A stretch of DNA of 64,000 nucleotides from an uncultured delta proteobacterium (GCA_963785725.1 CAWAWS010000047.1:32001-96000); one strand, 5' to 3'. Shown: positions 10,101 to 22,020, counted from the first letter of the stretch. Made by a program: numbers and translations. The notes: generated from the sequence alone by a model not told the origin.

Positions 10101-11013
10101 ACATCCCCGACGGCGACGGCTTCAAGTCCGAGCTGCGCGTGGCCACCGCCAAGTCGTCGAGCCCGAGCTCCGCGAGCGACTGGACCATCAGCGTCGCCGA
10201 CACGGCGCCCATCACCTGCGCCGGCTTGTGCGCGGCCGGCAGCGCCTGCATCACGCCGGCGATGGTCAACGGCATGACGAACACCGACGCGTCGCTCTCG
10301 ACGTGCGTGCAGATCGTCAGCGGCGCCTGTCCGACCGCCTGCGCGAGCACGCAAGCGTGCATCAACGCCGCCTGCACGACGTTCAATCCGCCCGTCGCCG
10401 CGCCCGATCTCGTCGAGGGCATCGGCCTCTTCGTCAACGCGCTCCGCAACGCCGCCGGCAACCTCGTCCTCGTCTACTACGACAAAGAAGAGGGCGATTT
10501 GAAGACGGCCACCGAGTCGAACGGCGCCTGGACGAGCAGCTTCCTCGACGGGCCGACCGCCGGTACGTCGACGTCGGCCAGTTCGCCTCCGCCGCGCTCG
10601 CCAGCGACGACACGCTGCACGTCTCGTACGTCGACGCCACCAACGGCACGCTCCTGTACAAGCAGGTCGCGCCCGGCGTCGCGCCTTCGGCGACCGCCGA
10701 GATTGTCGACGACGGCACGCGCAGCGACGGCACGCAACACGCCGTCGGCGCCGGCGTCAACCTCATCCTCGACGCGAGCTCGGTCCCGAGCGTCGTCTAC
10801 CAAGACCAAACCCTGTCCGACCTCGAGAAGGGCACGATGACAGGCGGCAGCTGGACGCACGCCGACTTGAACACGGGCGGCGCCGGCTACGGCTTCTACG
10901 CGCGCCAGATTCTGGCCGCCGGCAAGCTCTACTTGGTCGACTTCGTCTACGATCGCGACAACGGCGCGGCGTCGCCGCTCGGCACGCTGCAGTTCTCGAT
11001 CAGCGCGCCCTGA
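7157..11013 (+). CDS. Very large Cys/Thr-rich surface lipoprotein with internal MYXO-CTERM-like signal; one frameshift near 10568
   Basis: N-terminal LLSAC lipobox; GCSVGG..LLALALVVVALLLRRRR at 9473-9559; repeated DVGQY/DVGRY/DVGQF..SLAL propeller-like units that continue in another frame after about 10568 to stop 11013. Confidence 0.8.
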
Positions 11014-11608
11014 GCCCGTCGAGGAGCAGCGTCATCAGATGCTGCTTCCACGTCTGCGGCTGCGACCGGCGCTCGTCGAGGAACAGCGCGTGCGAGTGGC
11101 GCGCCGCCGTCAAGAAGCACACGATCGAAGTGACCGACAAGACCGTCATCGCCGGATCGAGATCGCGCAGCTCACCGGCCGCGATGCCGCTCTCGATGAG
11201 CTTACGCGCGTGATAGTGAATCTGCCGAAACAGCTCCGGCCGCTCCTTCCAGAGCGACTTCAGATGCTTCGCCCCGTCGAGCAGCTCGCGCACGAGCACG
11301 TCGGCGAAGCGCGGATGCTCGATGAGCAGATCGAAGTAGCGACCGAACGCCTCCAGCGTCTGCTGCTCGCCCGAGGCCGCCGGCAGCTCGTCGAGGATGT
11401 GGCTCATCTGCTCGTAAATACTCTGTAATACCGCGCGATACAGGCCCTTCTTCGAGCCGAAGTGATAGTAAATCATGCGCACGTTGAGCTTCGTGCGCCG
11501 CGCGATGCGATCGATGCGCGCGCCGGCAAAGCCAGCGCCGGCGAACTCCTCCGCCGCGCCATCGAGGAGGCGATCGTGGCTCGACTCTTTGTTCGCCGCG
11601 GAAGGCAA
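11000..11608 (-). CDS. TetR/AcrR family regulator (RutR-like C-terminus)
   Basis: AAEEFAGAGFAGARIDRIARRTKLNVRMIYYHFGSKKGLY; start uncertain (TTG 11608 follows TTGGCT-N17-TAGCAT). Confidence 0.88.
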   Translation of the reverse strand: MPSAANKESSHDRLLDGAAEEFAGAGFAGARIDRIARRTKLNVRMIYYHFGSKKGLYRAVLQSIYEQMSHILDELPAASGEQQTLEAFGRYFDLLIEHPRFADVLVRELLDGAKHLKSLWKERPELFRQIHYHARKLIESGIAAGELRDLDPAMTVLSVTSIVCFLTAARHSHALFLDERRSQPQTWKQHLMTLLLDGLRAR

Positions 11609-11774
11609 CGGGGCGATGCTATTCGCCAGGCGCGCGGAAGCCAACAGCAAATCAATTTCCGGGCAGAACCCCACACATGCGGGTGCTCGTAGGCGCTAGT
11701 GTGTAGATTTTATTGAATTTTTTGGCGTGCAAAAACACCAAAATCCGCTACTGTAAAATTACAGGAGTGATTCA

Positions 11775-12149
11775 GTGCGTGTAATGGCCCTCACCATGTT
11801 TCTCGCGCTCTCGGCGGCTGGCTGCGCCACGATGTCGTCGTCCTCGTCGTCTCCGGAGAGCGTGAACGACAAGCTGACGATCGCCGTGAAATCGGCGCCG
11901 CCGACGGACAAGGCCGAAGACGCCAAGCCCACCGCGCCCGGCTTCGGCTTCATCTGGGTCGCCGGCTATTGGGACTACCTCGACGGCAACTACATCTGGC
12001 GTGACGGCCGCTGGATGCAGGGCAAAGCGGACTACGAGTACGTCCGCGCCCGCTACGAGCACGACGGCCAGGGCTGGGTCTTCCACCGCCCGCACTGGAA
12101 GCGCCGGCACGCCGGCAACACGTCGATGCAGCAAGCCGCCGCGAAATAA
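11775..12149 (+). CDS. Lipoprotein with WxxGxW (YXWGXW) repeats
   Basis: LSAAGC lipobox; PGFGFIWVAGYWDY, YIWRDGRW, WVFHRPHW; AGGAG SD. Confidence 0.82.
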   Translation: MRVMALTMFLALSAAGCATMSSSSSSPESVNDKLTIAVKSAPPTDKAEDAKPTAPGFGFIWVAGYWDYLDGNYIWRDGRWMQGKADYEYVRARYEHDGQGWVFHRPHWKRRHAGNTSMQQAAAK

Positions 12150-12171
12150 TCGGCCGACTGTTTCGCGCGCC

Positions 12172-13515
12172 TTAGCTGTTGCGCCGCAGGACGGCGGCGA
12201 AGAAGCCGTCGGTGTCGTGCACGTGTGGCAAGAGGCGTAACCGTTGACCGTCGCCGATGGCTTCGGCGCGCGCTTTGCCGAGGATCTCCTTGGCGGACAC
12301 GGGCGTGAAGCTCGGGTTGGCGGCCAAGAAGGCGTCGACGATGGCGTCGTTCTCGGACGCGCCGACGGTGCAGGTGGCGTAGATGAGCCGTCCGCCGGGC
12401 GCGACCAAGGGCGCGTATCGCGTCAGGATTTGCCGCTGCTTCGCCGGCAGCTCGTCGAGATCGGCCGCGCTCAACCGCCAGCGCGCCTCGGGGTTGCGAC
12501 GCAAGGTGCCGAGGCCGCTGCAGGGCACGTCGCACAAGACGCGATCGGCGCGGCCGTGCAGCGCCAGCTCTTCGTCGACGGGGAGCTGCTCGTCGACGGC
12601 GACGGCGTGCACGTTGGTGAGCCCGGCGCGTCGCGCGCGCGTGCGGAGCTCCTCGAGCTTGCGGTCACCGATGTCGAAGGCGACGAGGCGGCCGCGATTG
12701 CCGAGCAGCGCGCCCATGGCCAGCGTCTTGCCGCCGGCGCCGGCGCACGCGTCGACGACGACGCCGCGGGGCGGCGGCGCGACCAGCTCGGCGATGAGCT
12801 GACTGCCCGCGTCCTGCAGCTCGAAGCGACCGGCCTTGAAGGCCGCGAGGCCGTAGGCGTTCACGTGCGTCAACAGCTCGAGCCCGTCGTTGGCCAGCGG
12901 CGACGGCTTGGTCGGCACGCGCTCTTCGGACAAGTAAGCGGCCAACTCTTCGCGCGTGTTCTTGAGCCGATTGGCGCGCGCCACGAGCGGCGCGCGGCGA
13001 TTCATCGCCGCCAACAGCGCCTCGGCATCGGCGCGACCGCGCTCGGCCACGAGGCGCTGCACGAGCCACGTCGGATACGACAGCGCCGTGCCCGCGCGCT
13101 CGTCGAGATCGGCGATGGTCGCCAAGCGATCGTCGACGTCGGCGATGCGCGCCGGATCGAGCCCGTTGACGCGCAGCTCGCTCTCGATCAGCGCCTCTTC
13201 GGGAAATTCCGTACGCATCCAGGCGAGATAGAGCTGCAGCGCGCTGGCGTCCGGCTTTCCCGTCGCGAACGCCAGGCGGCGCCGCCAGCGGATGAGGCCG
13301 TACACCGCCTCACCGACGAATCTTCGCTCCGCCGAGCGCAATTCACGTGCGCCTCGGAAAGCGCGCCCTAATGCTTGTGGGGCGAGCCCCCAATCACGGG
13401 CGGCGAGGGAGTAGATCTCGACGACGCGGCGTCGAACGTTACCGTCGCGTGCAGCGCCGGCGACGGCGACGCGGTGCGGCGTGTTTCCATCAGGTAAAAT
13501 CGGTTGACTGCTCAC
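12172..13515 (-). CDS. RsmB/NOP family RNA (cytosine-C5) methyltransferase
   Basis: QDAGSQL, DACAGAGGKTL, DVPCSGLGTLRRNPE, YATCT, TDGFF; start uncertain. Confidence 0.92.
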   Translation of the reverse strand: MSSQPILPDGNTPHRVAVAGAARDGNVRRRVVEIYSLAARDWGLAPQALGRAFRGARELRSAERRFVGEAVYGLIRWRRRLAFATGKPDASALQLYLAWMRTEFPEEALIESELRVNGLDPARIADVDDRLATIADLDERAGTALSYPTWLVQRLVAERGRADAEALLAAMNRRAPLVARANRLKNTREELAAYLSEERVPTKPSPLANDGLELLTHVNAYGLAAFKAGRFELQDAGSQLIAELVAPPPRGVVVDACAGAGGKTLAMGALLGNRGRLVAFDIGDRKLEELRTRARRAGLTNVHAVAVDEQLPVDEELALHGRADRVLCDVPCSGLGTLRRNPEARWRLSAADLDELPAKQRQILTRYAPLVAPGGRLIYATCTVGASENDAIVDAFLAANPSFTPVSAKEILGKARAEAIGDGQRLRLLPHVHDTDGFFAAVLRRNS

Positions 13516-13543
13516 GTATCGGCTGCTTAGAAAGGAACCCACC

Positions 13544-14887
<1,344 letters not shown>

Positions 14888-14895
14888 ATCGTCAG

Positions 14896-15543
14896 CTACT
14901 GCGGCGGCTGCACCAGCACCGACGGCTCGGAGCGCGGCGCGTAATAGGGCGCTTCGAGCCGGTCGGCGCTGATCGGCTTGGCCGTGCGCACGAACGCTTG
15001 CGGCGTCATCGGGGCATCGCCGCCGTTGCGCCCCGCCACCTCCGCCTCCGCCCGTAAACGCGCGAACCTGAGCGGCTCCATCTTCGGCAGCTGCGACGGC
15101 TGCAGCGTGTCGAGGCCGCGCGTCACCTGCACCAGCGCGTCTTGCACGCTCCACGGCGCCGCGGTCACCGCGTGCGGCGTCGGCGACGTCGCCAACGGCT
15201 CGACGAGCAGCTGACAGAGCAGCTCGGCCTGCGCAAAGATCTGCGCGCGCAGGACCCAACCCGGCGCCGGCAGCTCGACCGTTTGCGACCAGCCGTTTTT
15301 CGTCACCTCCGGCTCGTGCAGCTGTCCGACGACCGCGAGGTGATTGCTCACGATCGCGCCCAACGCTTCGATGCCCGCTTGCGCCGACGGCACGGCCGTC
15401 TGCAGCCGCGAGGTGTCGGCGATGATGCTGACGCGAATCGTCGCCGCCGGCTCGACCGCGTCGACGACTTCGGCGTCCTTGGCGTGCGCGCACCCGACGG
15501 CAGCGACAACGAATACGAACGCGACGAGCTTTGGCGTTTTCAT
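14896..15543 (-). CDS. Hypothetical lipoprotein
   Basis: MKTPKLVAFVFVVAAVGC lipobox; ATGA overlap with the upstream gene. Confidence 0.7.
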   Translation of the reverse strand: MKTPKLVAFVFVVAAVGCAHAKDAEVVDAVEPAATIRVSIIADTSRLQTAVPSAQAGIEALGAIVSNHLAVVGQLHEPEVTKNGWSQTVELPAPGWVLRAQIFAQAELLCQLLVEPLATSPTPHAVTAAPWSVQDALVQVTRGLDTLQPSQLPKMEPLRFARLRAEAEVAGRNGGDAPMTPQAFVRTAKPISADRLEAPYYAPRSEPSVLVQPPQ

Positions 15544-17535
15544 GGACGGTCGAGCTCCTTGCCGAGCGCGCGCGCCTCGGGATCGTCGGGGGACAGCTGT
15601 TGCGCCTGCTGCACGAAGCGACGAGCGGCGTTGTGGTCGGCGCGCGCTTGCGCCACGCGCGCCAAGCCCACGAGCGGCGCCGGATCGGCCGGAGCGCGCT
15701 CGTGCGCGGCGCTGAAGTCTCTGGCCGCGCCGTCGAAGTCGCCGAGCCGCAGGCGATAACGACCGGCGTTCAAGCGCGCCGTCAGCCGCTCCGGCTCGCG
15801 CTCGAGCACCTCGTCGACGAGCACGAGCGCGCCTTGCACGTCGCCTTGGCGGGCGCGCACGACGGCCAGATCGATCGCGGCCACGGCGTCGCCGGGACGA
15901 ACGGCGCGCGCGGCTTCGAACAGCGCCGCCGCGCGCACGATGTCGCCGCGCTGCAAGAACAGGCGCCCCAAGTTGCTCAGCTGCGACGACAAGAGCCGAC
16001 GCGCCGTCGGATCGCGCGCCGGCTGCAGCAGCTGCTCGATGCGCTCGGCCAGCGGACGCGCCGACGGCAGCGACGGCGGCGACGGGCGCAGCCGATAGAG
16101 CGGCACATCGGGCAACAGCGGCAACGGCGCCGGATCTTGGCCCGCTTCCCACAAGATCGCGCGGGTCGGCAGCGCTTCGTCGATGAGGTGGCGCAGCCGC
16201 GGGTCGGCGTGCAGCTCGTCGCCGCCGCGATGCAGGCGCGCCGCCGTCTCCGGCTGATCCCACACGGTCTGGCGCACGAGCACGGTCACGTCGGGGCGCG
16301 CGCCGGCGACGTTCTGCTCGTAGCTCGAGCCGGCGGCCAAGTCGTCGGACTGAAGGAGCACGAGCGCACGCGGCGGCGCCTCGTCAAGCGCGGCGTCGGC
16401 CCACGTCGACGCTTCGGGGCCGAGGCCGAATTTGCCGTCGGTGTCGGCGAGCGCGGCCGGCACGGTGACGAGCACGGCGAGCGCGCCGGCGGCCCACGGC
16501 GCCGCGCGTCCGAGCTTGCGCGCCGCGGCGAGCATGCCGGCGCCGGCGGCGATCGCCAGCGCCAACGCCGTCGGATGGCCGACTTGCAGATCGTCGATCG
16601 CCATCGGGTTGAGGCTCGCCGAATAGAGCGCGTCACCGACGAGGATGATCGCGAGGATGAGACCGAGCGGACGACGCGCCGGCGCCGCCAAAAGCCAGGC
16701 GATGCCACCGAGCGCGACCAAGATGGCGACGAGACCGAGCTGCCCTTCGGTCAGCCGCGCGAACGTCACGAGATGCGCGCCCACGTCGTGGAACATCTCG
16801 CCGGCGAAGGCGCGACGGATGCGCGCGGCGGCCAAGTGCGACATGACGCCGGCGAACGTGCGCGGGTCGGCCCAATTGGCGGCGGGCGCGCGAGCGGCGC
16901 GCAGCGGCAAGTAGCAGACGACGGCCGTGCCCAGCGCCATAGCCGTCGGCGCCACCAGCGGCCAGCGGTCTCCGCGACGCAAGCGCACGAGCGCCAACAC
17001 GATCGCCGCCGGACCGATGAGCAGCCGGACCTGCGCGTGCAGGCCGAGCGACAGGCCGCCGAGCAGCGCGAGCAGGAGGCCGGCGCGTCGATCGCCGCGC
17101 GCCGCCCGCGTCCACAAGATGAGCGCCGCCGCCAGCGCCGCCGTCGCCGTGGCATAGACTTCAGCGACGGTGGCGGCGCGAAACATCGTCAGCCCGAGCG
17201 CCGTCAACGCCGCGGCGCCGACGCCGGCCGCGACCGCCGCCGGCTCGTCGGGACCGAGGCTGACGACGGCGCGAAACGCCAGCCAGGCGGCCGTCGCCGC
17301 TGCCAAGGCCGACGCCAAATTGACGCGCAGTGGCCACTTCGCCGAGCGGGATGAACGTCAACGCCTTGACCCACAAGCACCACAGCGCAAAACCGGTCTC
17401 GTGTGCGACACCCAGCGTGAAGGCCGCCGTCGTCAGCTCGCCCGAGTCGCGCAAGTAGAGCCCGGGCGCGACCGCGGCCGTGTACAGGGCGAACGTGGCC
17501 ACGAAGACCACGCGGCCGGGCGAGAGGAGGCGCAC
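15540..17535 (-). CDS. DUF2723/TMEM260-like GT-C membrane glycosyltransferase with C-terminal TPRs; one frameshift near 17330
   Basis: DSGELTTAAFTLGVAHETGF, ATVAEVYA, YLPLRA..NWADP; many TM helices; TPR-like tail. Confidence 0.8.
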
Positions 17536-17671
17536 CGCCCGCCATCGTAAGCCCAAGACTCGACTGGGGCAAACCCCGCGGTCGCCCAATTGACAGTCAA
17601 TTACACCCACGTTACGACGAACCCGCTTGACGCTGCCCCGTCGGCGCTAATCTACTGGGGGCCGCACTCTG

Positions 17672-18619
17672 ATGGACACCTATCGCGGCCATAGCTCGCT
17701 GCCTCGGCGCTTGATTGAGCCGGTGGTGGCCATTGGGAACTTCGACGGAGCGCACCTCGGCCATGCCTTCATCTTCCGCGAAGCGCGACGGCTGGCTCGG
17801 GAACGCTCGGGTGAGACGGTGATCCTGACGTTCGATCCGCATCCGGCCAAGGTGCTGGCGCCGACGTTCGCGCCGCCGCTGATTACGACCTTGCCGCGCA
17901 AGCTCGAGCTCTTGGGCGCGGCCGGCGTCGACGTCACCGTGCTCGAGCCGTTCGATCGCGCGCTGGCGGCCAAGAGCGCCGAGGAGTTCGTGCGGCAAGT
18001 GCTGGTCGAAGGCTTGGGTGCGCGCCAAGTGGTCGTCGGCTACGACTTTACGTTCGGCGCCAAACGCTCGGGCGACGTGCACACGCTGGCGACGCTGGGC
18101 CAAACGCACGGCTTCGCCGTGACGGTCGTGCCGCCGGTGAGCGTCGATGGGCTCGTCTGCTCGTCGACGAAGGTGCGCGAGTTCGTGCTCGAAGGGCGCG
18201 TCGACGGCGCCGCCCTCTTGCTCGGCCGCGATCCCGAGGTCGAAGGCGAGGTCGTGCGCGGCGCCGGTCGCGGTCGCACCATCGGCGTGCCGACGGCCAA
18301 CGTCAACAGCGAGACCGAGCTGTCGCCCAAGAACGGCGTCTACGCCGGCTGGGGCGAGCGGCTGTCCGACGGCAAACGCTGGGGCGCGGCCATCAACATC
18401 GGCACGAACCCCACCTTCGTCAGCGGCAACCAAGTGAGCATCGAAGCGCACCTCTTGGACTGCGACGAGGACTTGTACGGGCAGCGCTTGCGGCTCGGCT
18501 TCACCGAGCGGCTACGCGACGAAAAGCGGTACAACTCGCGCGACGAGCTCGTGGCGCAGATCGGCCGCGACATCGAACAGGCGCGTGCCAATTGGTCGGC
18601 GCGCCCTAGGACGGGATGA
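17672..18619 (+). CDS. ribF: Bifunctional riboflavin kinase/FAD synthetase
   Basis: IGNFDGAHLGH, TFDPHP, VGYDFTFG, SSTKVR, GRTIGVPTAN, NIGTNPT, IEAHLLD. Confidence 0.96.
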   Translation: MDTYRGHSSLPRRLIEPVVAIGNFDGAHLGHAFIFREARRLARERSGETVILTFDPHPAKVLAPTFAPPLITTLPRKLELLGAAGVDVTVLEPFDRALAAKSAEEFVRQVLVEGLGARQVVVGYDFTFGAKRSGDVHTLATLGQTHGFAVTVVPPVSVDGLVCSSTKVREFVLEGRVDGAALLLGRDPEVEGEVVRGAGRGRTIGVPTANVNSETELSPKNGVYAGWGERLSDGKRWGAAINIGTNPTFVSGNQVSIEAHLLDCDEDLYGQRLRLGFTERLRDEKRYNSRDELVAQIGRDIEQARANWSARPRTG

Positions 18620-19725
18620 TGGATCGAGAACAGCTCGGCAAGTTGAAGCTGGAAGCGCTGCGGACGCTGGCGGCGGAGCGTGGCCTCGACGGCGCGCACC
18701 GGCTGGGCAAGGCGGAGCTGCTCGACCATTTGGCGCCGCTGACCGCTCCACAAACGCCGCCGACCGCTCCACAGACGATCGTGACGCGCGCGACGGAGGC
18801 GGTCACCCACGCGGTGGCGGCGGTCGAGCGCGAAGCCGCCGGGGTCGTCGCCATCGTCGAGAGCCAGGCGCACACGGTCGCCGCGCGGGCGGCGGACATC
18901 GTCGCCGCCGTCGGGCAACAGGCGCACAAGGCCGCCGAGAACGCCGCCGACATCGTCGCTGACATCGAGCACACGGCGCAGGATCTGGCGCAGCGCGTGC
19001 GCCATCATGTCGTCGACGCGCCCAAAGCCAAGAGCGGCAACGGCTTCGGCGTGCCGTCGGCGACGGTGCATCCGCAGCCGCAGCCGCAACCGCCGACGGT
19101 GTCGGAGCCCATCGGCATGCTCGACTTCGAAGAGCTGCCCGAGAGCTACGGCGTCGACGAGTGCGAAGTCCTCTATAAAGATCCCTTTTGGGTCTTCGCT
19201 TATTGGGAAGTCACCGACGGCGGCTTGGCGGCGGCGCGGGCACAGCTCGGGCTGTCTGCCGACGGCGCGCGCCTCGTCTTGCGCCTGTTTACGACGGTGC
19301 CCAAGCCCGAAGGCGTCGATCGTCAGCTGCACGACGTCGAGCTGCCGAGCCATCACGGGCGCCGCTACTTGCAGGCGCCGCGGCCGGGCGCGCATCTGCG
19401 CGTCGCCGTCGGGCTCTTGTCGCGCGAAGGCTATTTCGCGCCGATCGCGCACTCGTCGCTGGTGCGCGTGCCGCCGGCCGAGCCGCAGCCGGGCCCGGTC
19501 GAGTGGATGGAGGTCGTGCCGGCGCGCACGCGCGGTCGCGTCCGCGAGCCCATCGTCATCGTCCGTCGCGGCGCCGAGCACGCCGAGCGCGGCGTCAAAG
19601 ACGTGCACGCGCCGCTGACGACCGAGACCGGCGCCGGCACGTCACCGACCGCGACGCGCCCCGGTCAGCCGGGCTGGCCGTTCGCCGGCTCTTCCTCGTC
19701 GTCGCCCAGCCGCGGGACCCGCTGA
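18616..19725 (+). CDS. DUF4912 domain protein with N-terminal Rho-N/HeH-like helix
   Basis: ELPESYGVDECEVLYKDPFWVFAYWEV; LRTLAAERGL..LGKAELL; upstream of GH57. Confidence 0.78.
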   Translation: MMDREQLGKLKLEALRTLAAERGLDGAHRLGKAELLDHLAPLTAPQTPPTAPQTIVTRATEAVTHAVAAVEREAAGVVAIVESQAHTVAARAADIVAAVGQQAHKAAENAADIVADIEHTAQDLAQRVRHHVVDAPKAKSGNGFGVPSATVHPQPQPQPPTVSEPIGMLDFEELPESYGVDECEVLYKDPFWVFAYWEVTDGGLAAARAQLGLSADGARLVLRLFTTVPKPEGVDRQLHDVELPSHHGRRYLQAPRPGAHLRVAVGLLSREGYFAPIAHSSLVRVPPAEPQPGPVEWMEVVPARTRGRVREPIVIVRRGAEHAERGVKDVHAPLTTETGAGTSPTATRPGQPGWPFAGSSSSSPSRGTR

Positions 19726-21314
19726 TGTCGATCGGCGATCTAGCGCTGGTGCTGCACGCGCATCTGCCCTTCATCCGGCATCCCGAGCATCGCTTTCACC
19801 TCGAGGAGCATTGGCTCTACGAAGCGACCACGGCGACGTATCTGCCGCTGCTCGACGTCTTTCGCGGCCTGGCGCGCGACGGCGTGCCCTATCCGCATGA
19901 CGATGTCGATGTCGCCGCCCTTGTGCACCATGCTGCGCGACGATCTCTTGAAGACGCGCACCGCGGCCTATCTCGACAAGCTGCTGCGCCTCGGTCACGA
20001 AGAGCTGCGCCGCACGCAAGGCGATCCCACGTTCCACAAGCTGGCCGGCTTCTATCTCGATCGTTTCACGCGCCTAAAGGCGCTCTACGACGACATTCGC
20101 GGCGACGTCGTCGGCGCCTTCCGCCAGCTGCAAGACGACGGCATGCTCGAGATCATCACCGTCGGCGCCACGCACGGCTACTTGCCGGTCATTCGCGAGC
20201 CGACGGCGCGACGCGCGCAAGATGCAGGTCGCGTGCGAGAGCTATCAGCGCATGTTCGGGCGCTGGCCGCGCGGCATCTGGCTGCCCGAGTGCGGCTACA
20301 CCGAAGGGCTCGACACCATCTTGGCCGACGCCGGGCTGCGCTACTTCTTCGTCGACGCGCACGGCCTCATGAACGCGCGCCCGCAGCCGCCGCTCGGCAT
20401 CCACGCGCCGGTGTTCTGCAGGACCGGCGTGGCCGCGTTCGGCCGCGATCTCGAGTCGTCGAAGCAGGTCTGGTCGTCCAAAGAGGGCTATCCCGGCGAC
20501 GGCGTCTATCGCGACTTCTACCGCGACATCGGCTTCGATCGGCCGCTCGACTACATCGGACCGTACGTTCACCCCGACGGTATCCGCGTCAACACCGGCT
20601 ACAAATACTTCCGCGTCACCGGCGCCGACGTCGATCTGTCGGGCAAGCAGCCGTACGACCCGGACGCCGCCCGCGATCGCGCCGGCGCAGCACGCCGGAA
20701 ACTTCATGTTCAATCGCGAAAAGCAGGTGGAGCACCTGGCGAAGAACATGGATCGGCGCCCGCTCATCATCTCGCCCTACGACGCCGAGCTCTACGGCCA
20801 CTGGTGGTTCGAAGGCCCGTGGTTCCTCGATTTTCTCGCGCGCAAAATAGCCTTCGATCAGTCGACGATTCGGCTGGCGACGTGCGGCGAATATCTCGAG
20901 GAGAACCCGACCAACGCCGTGGCCGAGCCGTCGCCGTCGTCGTGGGGTGACGGCGGCTATTCGAGCGTCTGGGTCGACGACTCCAACGACTGGATCTATC
21001 GCCACGTGCATCGCGCCGAAGCCCGCATGCACGACCTGGCCCGTCGCTGGAAGGACGGCGCCGACGACATCACGCGGCGCGCGCTCAATCAGGCCGCGCG
21101 CGAGCTCCTGTTGGCGCAGTCGTCCGATTGGGCCTTCATCATGAAGACGGCGACGACGGTGAAATACGCCTGCGATCGCGTCAAGACGCACCTGGCGCGC
21201 TTTCGCCGGCTCGACCGCGAGCTCAACGCCGGCTTCATCGACGCCGCCTGGCTCGGCGACGTCGAGTCGCGCGACAACATCTTCCCCGAGCTCGATTACC
21301 GCGCTTATTCGTAA
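19725..21314 (+). CDS. GH57 (DUF1957) 1,4-alpha-glucan branching enzyme; three +1 frameshifts (about 19893, 20220, 20685)
   Basis: LVLHAHLPF, ATHGYLP, GIWLPECGY, YDAELYGHWWFEGP, LLAQSSDWAFI spread over successive frames. Confidence 0.9.
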
Positions 21315-21324
21315 TTCGAAAACG

Positions 21325-22020
21325 TCATTCTAAATCGTCGTTCAAGAATTCGTTTTCCTGCTCGCTGAATTCGGCGTCGGCGGCGCGGCGACGGTGGCGA
21401 CGGCGCATCCATAACGCGACGACCGCCAGCAAGATGAAGCCGTGCAGGCCGGCGGCGACGGTCACGAGCGCCACCCACAACACGCCGGGGCGCTTGCCTT
21501 TGGCGAGGACGGGCAGCTCGCTCGCGCCCTTTCCGACGGCGAGCGCGGCCGCGCTCGCTTGGTGGCGCGCCGAGTGGAAGCCGATGACGCCGTCGACGAT
21601 CGCCGGCACCGGCGGCGGCGCCACCCGGCGCTGATAGACGCGGCCGATGGTGTTGTCGAGGCCGTCGTCGTCTTGGATGAGCGCGTAAAGGCGGCGCGGC
21701 GCGCGCTCCTCGTCGCAGTCGTCGGCGGCGGAGAGCGGCGTGTAGACCAAATCCTCGTCGGAGGCGCCGGCGACGGTGGTGCCCAGCTTGTAGGCGTCGC
21801 CGTGGCGCGTGACGCCGACGGCCAGCTCGTGGCGCACGCAGCCGACGACGGCGACGAGGCCGCTCACCTTGGCGGGCAGCTCGACGGCGGCGAAGTCGCG
21901 CCGCGGTCCCGACCAGACGAGCCGCGCGTCCTCGAGGCCGGCGTAGACGAGGAAGCTCGAGGCGGCGACGAGGATCGAGCCGAGGAAGACGAAGAGCAAG
22001 CGGGCGCGCGACACGATCAT
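21325..22020 (-). CDS. Membrane hypothetical protein (two TM segments)
   Basis: N- and C-terminal hydrophobic helices around an extracytoplasmic domain. Confidence 0.6.
   Translation of the reverse strand: MIVSRARLLFVFLGSILVAASSFLVYAGLEDARLVWSGPRRDFAAVELPAKVSGLVAVVGCVRHELAVGVTRHGDAYKLGTTVAGASDEDLVYTPLSAADDCDEERAPRRLYALIQDDDGLDNTIGRVYQRRVAPPPVPAIVDGVIGFHSARHQASAAALAVGKGASELPVLAKGKRPGVLWVALVTVAAGLHGFILLAVVALWMRRRHRRRAADAEFSEQENEFLNDDLE

Noticed and set aside
19725..21314. GH57 (and etfA) as pseudogenes or programmed frameshift genes
   Set aside because: Indels are single-base doublings without slippery motifs or other decay; sequencing error is more parsimonious.
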